Positions 9,375 through 18,603 of a DNA stretch of 41,814 bases are shown here, one piece after another. The DNA is from Chloroflexota bacterium (GTDB lineage: Bacteria; Chloroflexota; Limnocylindria; Limnocylindrales; CSP1-4), in the NCBI GenBank assembly GCA_040899885.1, contig JBBDZZ010000028.1, forward strand, positions 1-41,814. Direction: 5' to 3'. The translations under genes were made by a program, and so were the position numbers. Position 1 is the stretch's first letter; each line of letters opens with the position of its first letter. The notes under the pieces are model-generated. The model was not told the DNA's origin and did not search any database. It worked only from the letters and a program-made list of their open reading frames with translations.

Positions 9375-10027
9375 TGCTTGTTCGCTCCTGTTCGGCTCTT
9401 CGGCGCAGCGCGCGCGGTACGAGACGGTGTCGGTGTTCGGGCCTCCGCCTGCTCAGCGGCCCTCGCGAGAACCCACAGCAGATCGGCCAGCCGGTTCAGA
9501 TACGGTAGCAAATAGGGCCCGGGAAGCAATCCGTCGCGGCCCAGGCTGACGGCCCGCCGCTCGGCCCGCCGGAGGATCGTTCGCGCCAGCTCCAGTGCAG
9601 CGCTCGTGGGGGTCTCACCCGGGACGACGAACTCCTTCGGCATCGCGACCCGGGACTCCAGCTCGGCCAGCACGTCCTCCACGCCGCGGACCATGTCGGC
9701 CGAGACGCGCGTCCGCCCGTCCTCGAGGCGGGTCCAGGCGTCGGGGTTCGTCGCCAGCTCCGCCGCGGCCACGAAGAGCTCACGCTGGAAGCGCAGGACG
9801 AGGTCGCGCAGCGGCCGAAGGCCGGGCGAGAGGACGCCGTACTCCTCCTTGAGCCCGAGGCGGGCCCGGGCAAGGCCGAGCGCGGCGACCGCCTCGTCGA
9901 TCGTGCCGTAGGCCTCTGTTCGAGCGTCGTCCTTGGAGATCCGGTCGCCGCCATACAGGAGCCCGGTCGACCCGTCGTCGCCACGCCCCGTGGCGACCGC
10001 CGATTCGCGCAATCTCTCGCCGGTCAC
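9371..10027 (-). CDS. PduO-type ATP:cob(I)alamin adenosyltransferase
   Basis: GTG start. N-terminal GRGDDGSTGLLYGGDRISKDD and the C-terminal helix PYLNRLADLLWVLAR are typical of PduO-type ATR. Confidence 0.8.
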   Translation of the reverse strand: MTGERLRESAVATGRGDDGSTGLLYGGDRISKDDARTEAYGTIDEAVAALGLARARLGLKEEYGVLSPGLRPLRDLVLRFQRELFVAAAELATNPDAWTRLEDGRTRVSADMVRGVEDVLAELESRVAMPKEFVVPGETPTSAALELARTILRRAERRAVSLGRDGLLPGPYLLPYLNRLADLLWVLARAAEQAEARTPTPSRTARAAPKSRTGANKQ

Positions 10028-10034
10028 CCAGCGC

Positions 10035-10409
10035 TCACCACATCAGGCCGGCGTCGCGCGGATCCCAGCGCTCGGCCAGCAGGGTCACCTTGACGGGGTG
10101 CTCCACGACCGACTCCGCCTGCTCCTTGACCTGCTGGATCATCGATCCGGCGTACGGGCAGAACGGGGTCGTGAGGATCATCTTGATCTCCGACTCGGTC
10201 GGGCCGAGGATGATCTGCTTGATCAGCGCGAGCTCGACGACATTCATCCCGATCTCCGGGTCGACGACGGCCCGGAGCGCGTCGAGGACCGCCAGCTCGG
10301 TGGCTCGCCGCTCGGCGTCGAAGGCGGGCGCAGCGGGCGCGTCGGGACCGGCCGCGGCGGGGCTGGCCGTGCCGGGCTCGGAAGTCGGTTTCGTGGTCGC
10401 GTCGGTCAT
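10035..10409 (-). CDS. DUF59/MIP18-family Fe-S cluster assembly protein (SufT/PaaD-like)
   Basis: ATG at 10409 (MTDATTK) is preceded by GGAGG. The core VLDALRAVVDPEIGMNVVELALI...TTPFCPYAG matches the DUF59 pattern. Confidence 0.75.
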   Translation of the reverse strand: MTDATTKPTSEPGTASPAAAGPDAPAAPAFDAERRATELAVLDALRAVVDPEIGMNVVELALIKQIILGPTESEIKMILTTPFCPYAGSMIQQVKEQAESVVEHPVKVTLLAERWDPRDAGLMW

Positions 10410-10555
10410 GCGGGGCCTCCGGGGCTGTGTCGCTCGAGAGCGTATCACCGCGGGCCGATCGAACCGGATTCCCGGTCCCAAAGATCAGCTGTGCGTTGAC
10501 AGGGCGCCACGCGTTCATACGATGGTGGCCCATCAAGGAGCGGTGCCCCGCCCCG

Positions 10556-11329
10556 ATGAGCCAGACCAACACCCCGCCGCCGGCCGCCAAGCGCTCCGCA
10601 GCCACGCCTTCGACGTTCAGGCTGGCGCGACGGAACATGCTTCTCCTGTTCGGCGCGATCCTCCTGATCGCCGGACTGCTGATGCTCGTGATCGGCCTTG
10701 GCCTCGTCTGGTCGGAGGGCCGGTTCGCCTCTGACGGACGCACGGCGACAGGCCTCGTCATCGGCAAGGCCATCTCCCGGGCGACGGCCGGCTCCTCGGA
10801 CAGTTCGACGGACTACATCGTCCGCTACCGGTTCACCGACATCGCTGGCCGCCAGGTGGACGGCAGTGACGAGATCGGTTTCGACGCCTGGGAGGCACTC
10901 ACCGAGGGCGGCCCAGTGGAGGTGTCCTACCTGGCCCAGGACCCAGGCACCAACCGGGTGGCCGGCGGGGACGGGCTCACGGCGGCCGTCATCGTCCTCG
11001 TCATCGGCTTCGTGGTGACCGCGGTCGGCGCACCGTTGACGATCCGCGGCTGGCGCGGCGTGAGCCGGACCCGGCGACTCTGGCGGGACGGCACCCCCGC
11101 GACCGGGACCGTGACGCAGATCGAGCAGACCAACGTCCAGTTCAACCGGGAGCGCCAGTGGCGCATCCGCTACCGGTACGCCGATGAGGCCGGCGCGACC
11201 CACGACGGGGAGAGCGGCTACATGTCTTACGAGGAGGCGTCGCAGTGGCAAGCGGGCAGTTCGGCGATGGTGCGATACGACCCTCGGAAGCCGGGGGTGA
11301 GCGTCTGGATCGGCGCGCAAGAGGGCTGA
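10556..11329 (+). CDS. Membrane protein with two tandem DUF3592-like modules
   Basis: ATG at 10556, 15 nt after AAGGAG. There are two repeats of TM plus a beta-rich module (GLVIGK...YIVRYRF... and GTVTQIE...WRIRYRY...). Confidence 0.65.
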   Translation: MSQTNTPPPAAKRSAATPSTFRLARRNMLLLFGAILLIAGLLMLVIGLGLVWSEGRFASDGRTATGLVIGKAISRATAGSSDSSTDYIVRYRFTDIAGRQVDGSDEIGFDAWEALTEGGPVEVSYLAQDPGTNRVAGGDGLTAAVIVLVIGFVVTAVGAPLTIRGWRGVSRTRRLWRDGTPATGTVTQIEQTNVQFNRERQWRIRYRYADEAGATHDGESGYMSYEEASQWQAGSSAMVRYDPRKPGVSVWIGAQEG

Positions 11330-11334
11330 GGCGC

Positions 11335-12432
11335 TTGGCGGCCATCGCCGCCGCGCTCCTGCTGATCCTCGCCGCCTGCGGCTCGACCGCCAGCAGCCCC
11401 TCGACCAGCGTGGCACCCGTGTCGACGCCGACACCGACCCCGGAGGTCACGGCGTCGCCCGAACCGACGGCGAGCCCCGCCGACACCCCGGCGCCGACGC
11501 GGCCCACGACGGCGGCGGAATGCACGCCGGACGCGACGACACCCATGTCAGCCGACTGGATCGAACAGGCGAGCCTGTCCGGGGACTACCGGTTCAAGCG
11601 GCCCGCCGACTGGGCCGACCTCAGCGCGGAGGTGAAGCTCCCGACCAGCACCGCGGTGAGCCCCGGGACGTTCTCCGAGACGGGCCTCCCGTCGGATGCC
11701 GAGCACCAGGTCGACGCCGTCCGCGCGTTCGACGGCAGCATCCTCGTCACCGCCTGGGTCATCGACGGTGTCACGACCCGGACGGACGCCCTGTTCGAGC
11801 GCGAGCTCGCCTGGCTGGAGACGCAGCCCCAGATGATCGACGTCAACTCCGAGGATCTGGAGACCTGCCTCGGCGGCTCGAGCGCCCGGGGATTCAGCTC
11901 GAGGTGGACGTCGCCATCGGGCGAGACGAATTTCGTCATCTTCATCGTCCAGCGAAACGGGAAGATGTACGAGGTCCAGCTGACGGCACCGGCCGCGATC
12001 GCCGAAGTGACGTACCGCGAGCTCCTCAACACCTGGGAGTTCACCGAGCCGCTGCAGGGGCCCCCGGACCTCGGCGACCAGTTCGGGACGACCGACTTCA
12101 AGATCGTCGGGATGGCGGCCGAGGTGGACCGCTCGCTCTCTGGCCGCCCGAATCCGGCGACATTTCAGGATAGCTTTCCAGCGATGTCCGAGTTCATCTA
12201 CGTGATCTACGAGCTCGACGACGGCGTGGCGGACGTTGTCACCTTGAGCTGGGTGCGGGAAGGCCGCGAGCCCTTCGTCGCCAAGCCGTACGACTACCAC
12301 GAGACGATCAACTACGCGTGGGGCTGGATCACGCCGCCGTCAAGCGGCCTGTTCGACACGGGCAGCTACACGGTGACGCTCAGTCTCGAGAACTCGGGCG
12401 ACACGATCACGGTGCCGTTCAGGGTCGAGTAG
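11335..12432 (+). CDS. Secreted lipoprotein, unknown function (Pro/Thr-rich linker plus two globular domains)
   Basis: The frame is clear and the lipobox is LLILAACGS. The start is uncertain: TTG at 11335 avoids overlap, while ATG at 11245 would overlap the upstream gene by 85 nt. Confidence 0.6.
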   Translation: MAAIAAALLLILAACGSTASSPSTSVAPVSTPTPTPEVTASPEPTASPADTPAPTRPTTAAECTPDATTPMSADWIEQASLSGDYRFKRPADWADLSAEVKLPTSTAVSPGTFSETGLPSDAEHQVDAVRAFDGSILVTAWVIDGVTTRTDALFERELAWLETQPQMIDVNSEDLETCLGGSSARGFSSRWTSPSGETNFVIFIVQRNGKMYEVQLTAPAAIAEVTYRELLNTWEFTEPLQGPPDLGDQFGTTDFKIVGMAAEVDRSLSGRPNPATFQDSFPAMSEFIYVIYELDDGVADVVTLSWVREGREPFVAKPYDYHETINYAWGWITPPSSGLFDTGSYTVTLSLENSGDTITVPFRVE

Positions 12433-12763
12433 CGCGCCGCCGGGCAGGCTGCCCCGCGACAACCACGCCGGGGAGGCGGTACTGGTCCGGGAGCCCGGCG
12501 GCCTCCTCCGGCGTGTAGCCGGGCCCGGCGAGGGAGCCGTCCGGCCCGAAGAACTCGGCGTAGCGGTCGCGGTTGCCGGCGGCGTACGTATAGGCCGCGG
12601 CGATGCCGACCGTCCGGAGCTCCGGATGGTCCTTGAGCAGCTCCGTGAGGCCGTAGCCGTTCCGGCGCAGCTCGAGCAGCTGACGCACGGTCAGCCGGGA
12701 GCCGTAGCAGAAGGGCTCACCGTTCATCACGAGCGGGTCGACCTTGACCCACTTGACGGTCAT
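12419..12763 (-). CDS. DUF433 domain protein (homeodomain-like, antitoxin-type fold) with about 45-aa C-terminal tail
   Basis: VDPLVMNGEPFCYGSRLTVRQLLELRRNGYGLTELLKDHPELRTVGIAAAYTYA fits the DUF433 consensus. ATG overlaps the upstream stop (ATGA at 12761-12765). Confidence 0.7.
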   Translation of the reverse strand: MTVKWVKVDPLVMNGEPFCYGSRLTVRQLLELRRNGYGLTELLKDHPELRTVGIAAAYTYAAGNRDRYAEFFGPDGSLAGPGYTPEEAAGLPDQYRLPGVVVAGQPARRRATRP

Positions 12764-13209
12764 CAGGCGCCCTTGTAGATCGCGGCGAGGAGGCGGTTCC
12801 GCTTGCGGGCGTCCCCGGCGATCCGGCGATGCCAGCGGAACACGCGGACGGCCTCGTCGAGGGCGGCCTCGGCGATGCTCCGTTCATCCGGCGCCAGCAC
12901 GGCGGGGACCGCGAGCCGCAGCCCGTCGCACAGGTGGATGAGGTCGTCCATCGGCACCCGGCGGCGGCGGTAGATCGGCACGACCCACTCCGCCCAGGCC
13001 GCGACGGCAAGCGGGTCGTTCGAGCCGACCGCGATTCCGAGGCGGTCGACGAGGGTTTCCGTGTCGCGTAGCAGCTTGCGGAGACCCAGCACGCCGTGCC
13101 GTTCACGCATCGACGGGTCACGGTCGAGGGCGACCTCGAGGGCGCGCGCCCCGAGCCGCGAGTGAGCGCGCTGGAGGCGCTCCGTGGCGGCCGGAAAGCC
13201 GCTCGCCAT
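12763..13209 (-). CDS. Hypothetical all-helical protein (148 aa; possibly 175 aa if the GTG at 13290 is used)
   Basis: Coding-like composition and translational coupling to the DUF433 gene. No motif recognised and the start is uncertain. Confidence 0.5.
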   Translation of the reverse strand: MASGFPAATERLQRAHSRLGARALEVALDRDPSMRERHGVLGLRKLLRDTETLVDRLGIAVGSNDPLAVAAWAEWVVPIYRRRRVPMDDLIHLCDGLRLAVPAVLAPDERSIAEAALDEAVRVFRWHRRIAGDARKRNRLLAAIYKGA

Positions 13210-13312
13210 GTCGCGCGGCGGAAGGCCCAGACTGGGATGGCTCACGTGGCCGAGTCTAGCGTGGCCCGCGACCGATCGCCATCGCTCCACGGGCCCCCGC
13301 TACGATGCCCCG

Positions 13313-13813
13313 GTGAGCACCCCGCCGCCGCCCGAGCCCGGCGAACGCCGGCCGGCCGCCACGGAACCGCGCCGGCTCGAGCGGCCGCCCAGCGAGCGGT
13401 ACGCGGCGCCTTCGGCCGGCGAGGGCGAGGCCGCCCCTCCGCGCCGCGGACCGATCCGCGGGATCCTCCTGGCATCCGGTGTTGGAACGATCGGGTCGGT
13501 CGCCTCGATCGCCCTGTTCGCGCTCGCCTCGGTCAGCGCGGGGCTCCTCGTCGTCTCCGCCCTGACAGGCCTGTTCGTGGCGGAGGCGCTTCGCGCCGGC
13601 GGGGGCGACACGATCCCGGCCCGCCTCCGCCGGGGCCTGGCGGTCGCGACCGCGGTCGAGTCGGTGGTGGTCGCGCAGCTCGGGATCTGGCTCTATGCCC
13701 GGGCCGAGGGAGGCGCCCTTGGGCTCGTCGACTACCTCGCCCAGACCTTTGGCCCCCTCGTCCCGCTCCAGTTCGCGATCGCCGCGCTCGTCGCCTGGTG
13801 GAGGGGGCGTTGA
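13313..13813 (+). CDS. Hypothetical membrane protein (Pro-rich N-terminus, about 4 TM)
   Basis: GTG at 13313 lies 7 nt after a TACGAT -10-like hexamer, suggesting a leaderless transcript. Hydrophobic helices are present. Its stop overlaps the next start (TTGA). Confidence 0.55.
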   Translation: MSTPPPPEPGERRPAATEPRRLERPPSERYAAPSAGEGEAAPPRRGPIRGILLASGVGTIGSVASIALFALASVSAGLLVVSALTGLFVAEALRAGGGDTIPARLRRGLAVATAVESVVVAQLGIWLYARAEGGALGLVDYLAQTFGPLVPLQFAIAALVAWWRGR

Positions 13814-14313
13814 GCGAGCGGGACCGCGATCAGCTCCGGTTCCGCCGTCCCGTAGAGGCCGACCATCGGGTGATCGTCGATCTCGTCGACGAGTGGTGGG
13901 GCGGCCAGCGGATCCACCACCTGCTGCCACGGCTGTGGTTCCAGCACTTCACCGGCACCTCGTGGATCGCCGAGAGCGCCGACGGCCGGCTGGCCGGCTT
14001 CCTCGTCGGGTTCCTCAGCCCGGACCGGTCGGGCGAGGCGTACGTCTCCCTCGTGGCGGCAAACCCGAACCTCCGCCGCCAGGGCGTCGGCCGGGCGCTC
14101 TACGAGCGGTTCTTCGACGACGTTCGCCCCCGGGGCATCAGGCGCGTCTCGGCCGTCGCGTGGCCCGACAACCGGGCCGCGGTCGCGTTCCACCGGGCGG
14201 TCGGGTTCAGCGTGGACGCCGGGCCCGGGACCCGACCCATCCACGGGGTGCCAGCCCATCCCGACTACGACGGCGACCGCGACGACCGGGTACTGCTCAC
14301 CCGGGACCTCTGA
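13810..14313 (+). CDS. GNAT-family N-acetyltransferase
   Basis: Acetyl-CoA binding motif RRQGVGRALY, followed by WPDNRAAVAFHRAVGF. The TTG start at 13810 is tentative. Confidence 0.7.
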   Translation: MSERDRDQLRFRRPVEADHRVIVDLVDEWWGGQRIHHLLPRLWFQHFTGTSWIAESADGRLAGFLVGFLSPDRSGEAYVSLVAANPNLRRQGVGRALYERFFDDVRPRGIRRVSAVAWPDNRAAVAFHRAVGFSVDAGPGTRPIHGVPAHPDYDGDRDDRVLLTRDL

Positions 14314-14404
14314 CTGGTCGACGGGTGGGGGCGGACGGCGAAGCGGCCGGCCCGAAGACTCCGTCGGCACCGCTCCGGAGTACCTGCCCAGCGCGCGCTG
14401 AGGG

Positions 14405-14923
14405 TCAGCGCTCCATCCGCTCGGGGCGGGGTGCCCTGGGCCCATCGTGATCCCGGTGCTCGGCGGCCCGGCGGCGCGCCTCGGCGAGCCGCTCGGCGAG
14501 GCCGGCCTCGGAGGGCAGGCCGGACCGGTCCAGCGGCCGATCGATCGGTCGGGGGTCCCTCGGCTGCTCGGTCTCGCCGCCGCGCCCGGGCCCGACGCCG
14601 CCCGTCTCGCCGACGAACGGCATGTTCTGGCGCTCGACGGCGTCGAGGCTCATCCGCAGGGCGGCCGTCTTCTGCTCGGCGACCTCGCGGACGTATGCGG
14701 CTTCCTCGTCACCCGACATCTGCCGGCCGCGGACTACGCCCTTCGGCTTGCCGACCATCAGCCACGCAAGGTGGTAACGGTCCATGCTCCCCCATGCGGT
14801 CGAGAGGAGGTCGTCCGAGAGCTGGAGCCAGAGCTGGAGGGCGGAAAGTGACGGGCTAGCCGCAAGCCGCTCGCCTTCCTCGACGAGCTGCCTTGTCCGG
14901 GAGATGAGTTCGTCGCGCGTCAC
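14405..14923 (-). CDS. Hypothetical protein (172 aa), last gene of the pabBC transcription unit
   Basis: GTG at 14923 (VTRDELISRTRQLVEEG) lies 25 nt downstream of the pabC stop. Helical N-terminal half and a disordered, charged C-terminal half. Confidence 0.5.
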   Translation of the reverse strand: MTRDELISRTRQLVEEGERLAASPSLSALQLWLQLSDDLLSTAWGSMDRYHLAWLMVGKPKGVVRGRQMSGDEEAAYVREVAEQKTAALRMSLDAVERQNMPFVGETGGVGPGRGGETEQPRDPRPIDRPLDRSGLPSEAGLAERLAEARRRAAEHRDHDGPRAPRPERMER

Positions 14924-14948
14924 CGGGCGAGTGTAGGCCGCGGCCGCG

Positions 14949-15839
14949 TCACCGATCCTCGCCCCTGATGAACGCCTCACGATCGGCCCGGGCTCGGACC
15001 GTCCACGGGCCCGGCCGGCCGGTTCCGATCGCCCGACCGGCGAACCGGGTGACGGGGAGGATCCCCGCGACGCTGCTCGACAGGAACGCCTCGTCGGCCG
15101 CGGCCAGATCGGACGGCGCAAGGCGCCCCTCGATCGTCGTCAGTCCGACCCTGCCCGCCCAGCCGAGGATCCAGTCACGGGTCGTCCCGGGCAGGATCGC
15201 GCAGTCGAGCGACGGCGTCGCGAGCTCTGTGGCCCGAACAAGGAAGACATTCGCGGTCGTCGCCTCGGACAGGTGGCCCTCGATCGTGAGGAAGAGGGCA
15301 TCGTCCGCGCCGGCGGCTCGTGCCTCGAGCCGGGCGAAGACGTAGTCCGCCCGACTCGTGGTCTTGAGGGCCGCCAGGGGGCTCGACGCGTCACGCCGGA
15401 CGGCGCTCGGCACGAGGTGGAGGCCCCGTTCGATGTGGCCAGGCGGCGGCGGGAGGACCGGCCACGCCTGGACAACAATCGTAGGGCTGACCTGCTCGTC
15501 CGGGGGGAGCAGGCCGCGGCCCGTGAACCGGCCGCGGCTCACGGTGATCCGGATGGCCGCGTCGCCGTCCGGCCCGCCGAGGCCCTCGGCGGCCAGCAAT
15601 TCCGCGATGGCGGCGGTCAATGCCGCGTCGGTCCCGTCCGGCAGCGCGATCCCCAGCCCGGTCGCTGAGCGCTCGAGCCGGGCGAGGTGCGCGTCCAGCT
15701 CGGCCGCCCGGCCGCCGCGGGCGCGGAGCGTCTCGAACACCCCGTCGCCCAGCTGGAAGCCGCGGTCGAACGCCGACAGATGCGGCTCTCCGGCGGGCAG
15801 GAGCCGGCCGTCGACCCAGGCGTGGCGCGGATTCGTCAA
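14949..15839 (-). CDS. pabC: Aminodeoxychorismate lyase / class IV aminotransferase
   Basis: TTG at 15839 overlaps the pabB stop (TTGA). Class IV fold motifs are FDRGFQLGDGVFETLR, EATTANVF and ILPGTTR. The pabC versus IlvE/Dat call rests mainly on linkage to pabB. Confidence 0.7.
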   Translation of the reverse strand: MTNPRHAWVDGRLLPAGEPHLSAFDRGFQLGDGVFETLRARGGRAAELDAHLARLERSATGLGIALPDGTDAALTAAIAELLAAEGLGGPDGDAAIRITVSRGRFTGRGLLPPDEQVSPTIVVQAWPVLPPPPGHIERGLHLVPSAVRRDASSPLAALKTTSRADYVFARLEARAAGADDALFLTIEGHLSEATTANVFLVRATELATPSLDCAILPGTTRDWILGWAGRVGLTTIEGRLAPSDLAAADEAFLSSSVAGILPVTRFAGRAIGTGRPGPWTVRARADREAFIRGEDR

Positions 15840-17182
15840 CCGGCGACCTCGCGCCCGCCGATCGCGGTGAGCGGTCCGCGGGCTTTGGCGACCGTCTCGT
15901 CCCACTCGGCCGCGGGATCGCTCCGCCACGTGATCCCGCCGCCGACGTGGAGGGTGAGCCGCGACCCGTCGGCGACGAGCGTCCGGATCGCGATGCTCGT
16001 CTCCATCGCACCGTCCGGCCCAAGCCACCCGATCGCGCCGGTGTACGGCCCCCGGCGGACGGGCTCGAGGCCCTCGAGGATCTCCATGGCGCGGATCTTC
16101 GGCGCGCCGGTGATCGAACCGCCGGGGAAGCTCGCCGCGAGCAGGTCGAAGGCGTCCCGCCTCGGCGCCAGGCGTCCGGTCACCGTCGACACGAGGTGCT
16201 GGACTGCGGTGGTCCTCTCGAGGCGGCAGAGCCGGGGCACGCGGACGCTGCCCGGCCGGCAGACCCGCCCGAGATCGTTCCGGAGCACGTCGACGATCAT
16301 CACGTTCTCCGCCCGGTCCTTGTCGCTCGCGAGCAGCGCGCAGGCGAGCGCCCGGTCCTCCTCCCGCGGCCGGCCGCGCGGCCGGGTGCCCTTGATCGGA
16401 TCGGTCGCAACGTTGCCCCGCCGATCGACGCGAAGGAATGGCTCCGGGGAGGCCGAGACGATCGCCCGCGGGGTCCCGGTCGACGAAGACCCCAGGTGGA
16501 CGTAAGCGGCGAAGAGTGCCGGGTCGCCGGTCCGAAGCCGGCGGTAGAGCGGCCACGGGTCGCCGGCGAACGACGTCTCGAGCCGGCGGGTGAGGTTGGC
16601 CTGGTACAGGTCGCCCCGCGCGATCCGCTCCCGGATCGCCTCGACGCCCGCCTCGTAGGCCGTTCGGTCGAGGCCGGAGATGAACGCCAACTCTTCGGGG
16701 GCGCCGGCGTCGCCAAGGGCCGGCTTCCCGCCGGCCAGCCGGTCGCGCACCTCCGCGAGCCGCCGCTCGAGCCGCGCCGTGTCCCCGTCGACGGCGCGGC
16801 CGCCAAGCCAGGCCGAGCCGGTCCTCCGGTCCCAGGCGACGACCCAGTCGTGGACGGCGAGGCGGAGGAGTGGCAGCGGCTGGTCGTCGACGGCGAGGGA
16901 TGGCAGCCGCTCGAACTGGCGGCCGAGGTCGTACGAGAGGTAGCCGGCAAGACCGCCGAGGAACGGTGGCGCCCCACCGTCGGATGGCATTCCCGGAGCG
17001 ACACGACGGAGCGTCGAGCGTGCCTCGGCGAACGGATCGGGCCCGTCGGACGGGCCGTCGAGGACGGCCAGCGGGTCGGCGGTCAGGAACGACCAGCGGG
17101 CGTTGCGTCCTGGCCGCGCGCTCTCGAGCAGGACGAGCCCCGGCAGGTCGCGAAAGTGCTCGGCGGCATCCGTCGGACGCAT
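15836..17182 (-). CDS. pabB: Aminodeoxychorismate synthase component I (chorismate-binding enzyme family)
   Basis: Start ATG at 17182 (MRPTDAAEHF). Conserved FPGGSITGAPKIRAMEILE and RGPYTGAIGW motifs. Confidence 0.8.
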   Translation of the reverse strand: MRPTDAAEHFRDLPGLVLLESARPGRNARWSFLTADPLAVLDGPSDGPDPFAEARSTLRRVAPGMPSDGGAPPFLGGLAGYLSYDLGRQFERLPSLAVDDQPLPLLRLAVHDWVVAWDRRTGSAWLGGRAVDGDTARLERRLAEVRDRLAGGKPALGDAGAPEELAFISGLDRTAYEAGVEAIRERIARGDLYQANLTRRLETSFAGDPWPLYRRLRTGDPALFAAYVHLGSSSTGTPRAIVSASPEPFLRVDRRGNVATDPIKGTRPRGRPREEDRALACALLASDKDRAENVMIVDVLRNDLGRVCRPGSVRVPRLCRLERTTAVQHLVSTVTGRLAPRRDAFDLLAASFPGGSITGAPKIRAMEILEGLEPVRRGPYTGAIGWLGPDGAMETSIAIRTLVADGSRLTLHVGGGITWRSDPAAEWDETVAKARGPLTAIGGREVAG

Positions 17183-17409
17183 CCCGGCGACAGACGGCAG
17201 GCTGACGAGGCGCACCGATGGGCTGTTCGCGGCCGAACCGGCCCCCGACGCGCGGGCGCGGCCACTCCGCCTGGCTCGCTCAGCGGATCGCGGTCGCGGA
17301 GATCCGATCACCGGGCGATGATAGGGCCGGTCGCTCGTGGCGCCGTGTCGCGCGTCCGGAGGTGCGGCGGCCGGGTCATCCCGCCCTGTCCAGCTTTCCG
17401 GAGGTGCAC

Positions 17410-18540
17410 GTGCGAGCCCGCGACCTCGGCATCGTCATCGGCCTGGGCACGCCCGGGCCACTCAACGCCATCACGGACGTCGCCGGCGTGCGCGTCGGGC
17501 ACACGACGCTCGTGAGCGGCGACGGGCCGCTCGTCGTCGGCAGCGGACCGGTCCGCACGGGCGTTACCGTCGTCGCCCCGCGATCGGGCGACGCGTCGCG
17601 GGAGCCTGTCTTCGCCGGCTGTCACAGCCTCAACGGCAACGGCGAGCTGACCGGCCTGGAGTGGGTTCGCGAGTCGGGCTTCCTGACGTCACCGGTCGCG
17701 ATCACCAACACGCACAGCGTCGGCGTGGTCCATGACGCGCTGGTCGCCATCGCCGTCGACGTCGACGCTGATAGACCGGCCTGGTCGCTGCCGGTCGTGG
17801 GCGAGACGTGGGACGGGCTGCTCAACGACATCAACGGTTTCCACGTCAAGCCGGAGCACGTCCACCAGGCACTGGACGCGGCGTCCGGCGGCCCGGTCGC
17901 CGAGGGCGGAGTCGGCGGCGGCACGGGGATGGTCTGCCACGAGTTCAAGGGCGGGATCGGCACATCGTCACGGACGATCCCAGCGAAGTCCGGAGGGTTC
18001 ACGGTCGGCGTGCTCGTGCAAGCCAACCACGGCAAACGGGATTGGCTGCGGGTCGACGGCGTGCCGGTGGGCCGCGAGATCGGAATCGACGAGCTATCGA
18101 GCCCGTACGGCACGACGCGATCCTCCGCGCCACCGCCCGGCTCGGGTTCCATCATCGTCGTCGTCGCGACGGACGCGCCGCTCCTGCCGCATCAATGCGA
18201 ACGGCTCGCGCAGCGGGCCGGCCTCGGCATCGCTCGCGCCGGCGGGACCGGCGGGCACACGAGCGGCGACCTGTTCATCGCCTTCGCGACCGGCAACCGA
18301 TTCCCCGATGGAGCCGGTGACGGCGAGGGACAGCTCGGCTACGACGTCCGGGCGACCGGCGACGGCGTCATCGACCTGCTGTTCGACGCGACGATCGAGG
18401 CAACCGAGGAGGCGATCGTGAATGCCCTCGTCGCCGCCACGACGATGGTCGGGCGCGACGGAATCACGGCCCACGCGCTCCCCCACGATCGCCTGGTCGA
18501 GGTGATGACCCGCTACGGCCGAGGTCAGCCACACGCCTGA
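17410..18540 (+). CDS. DmpA/P1 (S58) family aminopeptidase
   Basis: GTG at 17410 lies 6 nt after GGAGG. Motifs include NAITDVAGVRVGH, VAITNTHSVG and GGGTGMVCHEFKGGIGTSS. Confidence 0.75.
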   Translation: MRARDLGIVIGLGTPGPLNAITDVAGVRVGHTTLVSGDGPLVVGSGPVRTGVTVVAPRSGDASREPVFAGCHSLNGNGELTGLEWVRESGFLTSPVAITNTHSVGVVHDALVAIAVDVDADRPAWSLPVVGETWDGLLNDINGFHVKPEHVHQALDAASGGPVAEGGVGGGTGMVCHEFKGGIGTSSRTIPAKSGGFTVGVLVQANHGKRDWLRVDGVPVGREIGIDELSSPYGTTRSSAPPPGSGSIIVVVATDAPLLPHQCERLAQRAGLGIARAGGTGGHTSGDLFIAFATGNRFPDGAGDGEGQLGYDVRATGDGVIDLLFDATIEATEEAIVNALVAATTMVGRDGITAHALPHDRLVEVMTRYGRGQPHA

Positions 18541-18556
18541 CATCGGGGCGAATCGA

Positions 18557-18582
18557 GAGGGCCGCGGTCTCCCGCGGCCCTC
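18557..18582. terminator. Bidirectional hairpin terminator between convergent genes
   Basis: Perfect 11-bp stem GAGGGCCGCGG / CCGCGGCCCTC with loop TCTC. It lies between the peptidase stop (18540) and the rhodanese stop (18604). No clear U-tract. Confidence 0.6.
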
Positions 18583-18603
18583 ATTCGGTGGATCGGAACG
18601 GCG

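Noticed and set aside
13810-14313. The GNAT acetyltransferase as the missing AblB partner of KamA.
   Set aside because: It lies about 9 kb away on the other strand in an unrelated unit, coupled to a membrane protein. No linkage supports a beta-lysine acetyltransferase role.
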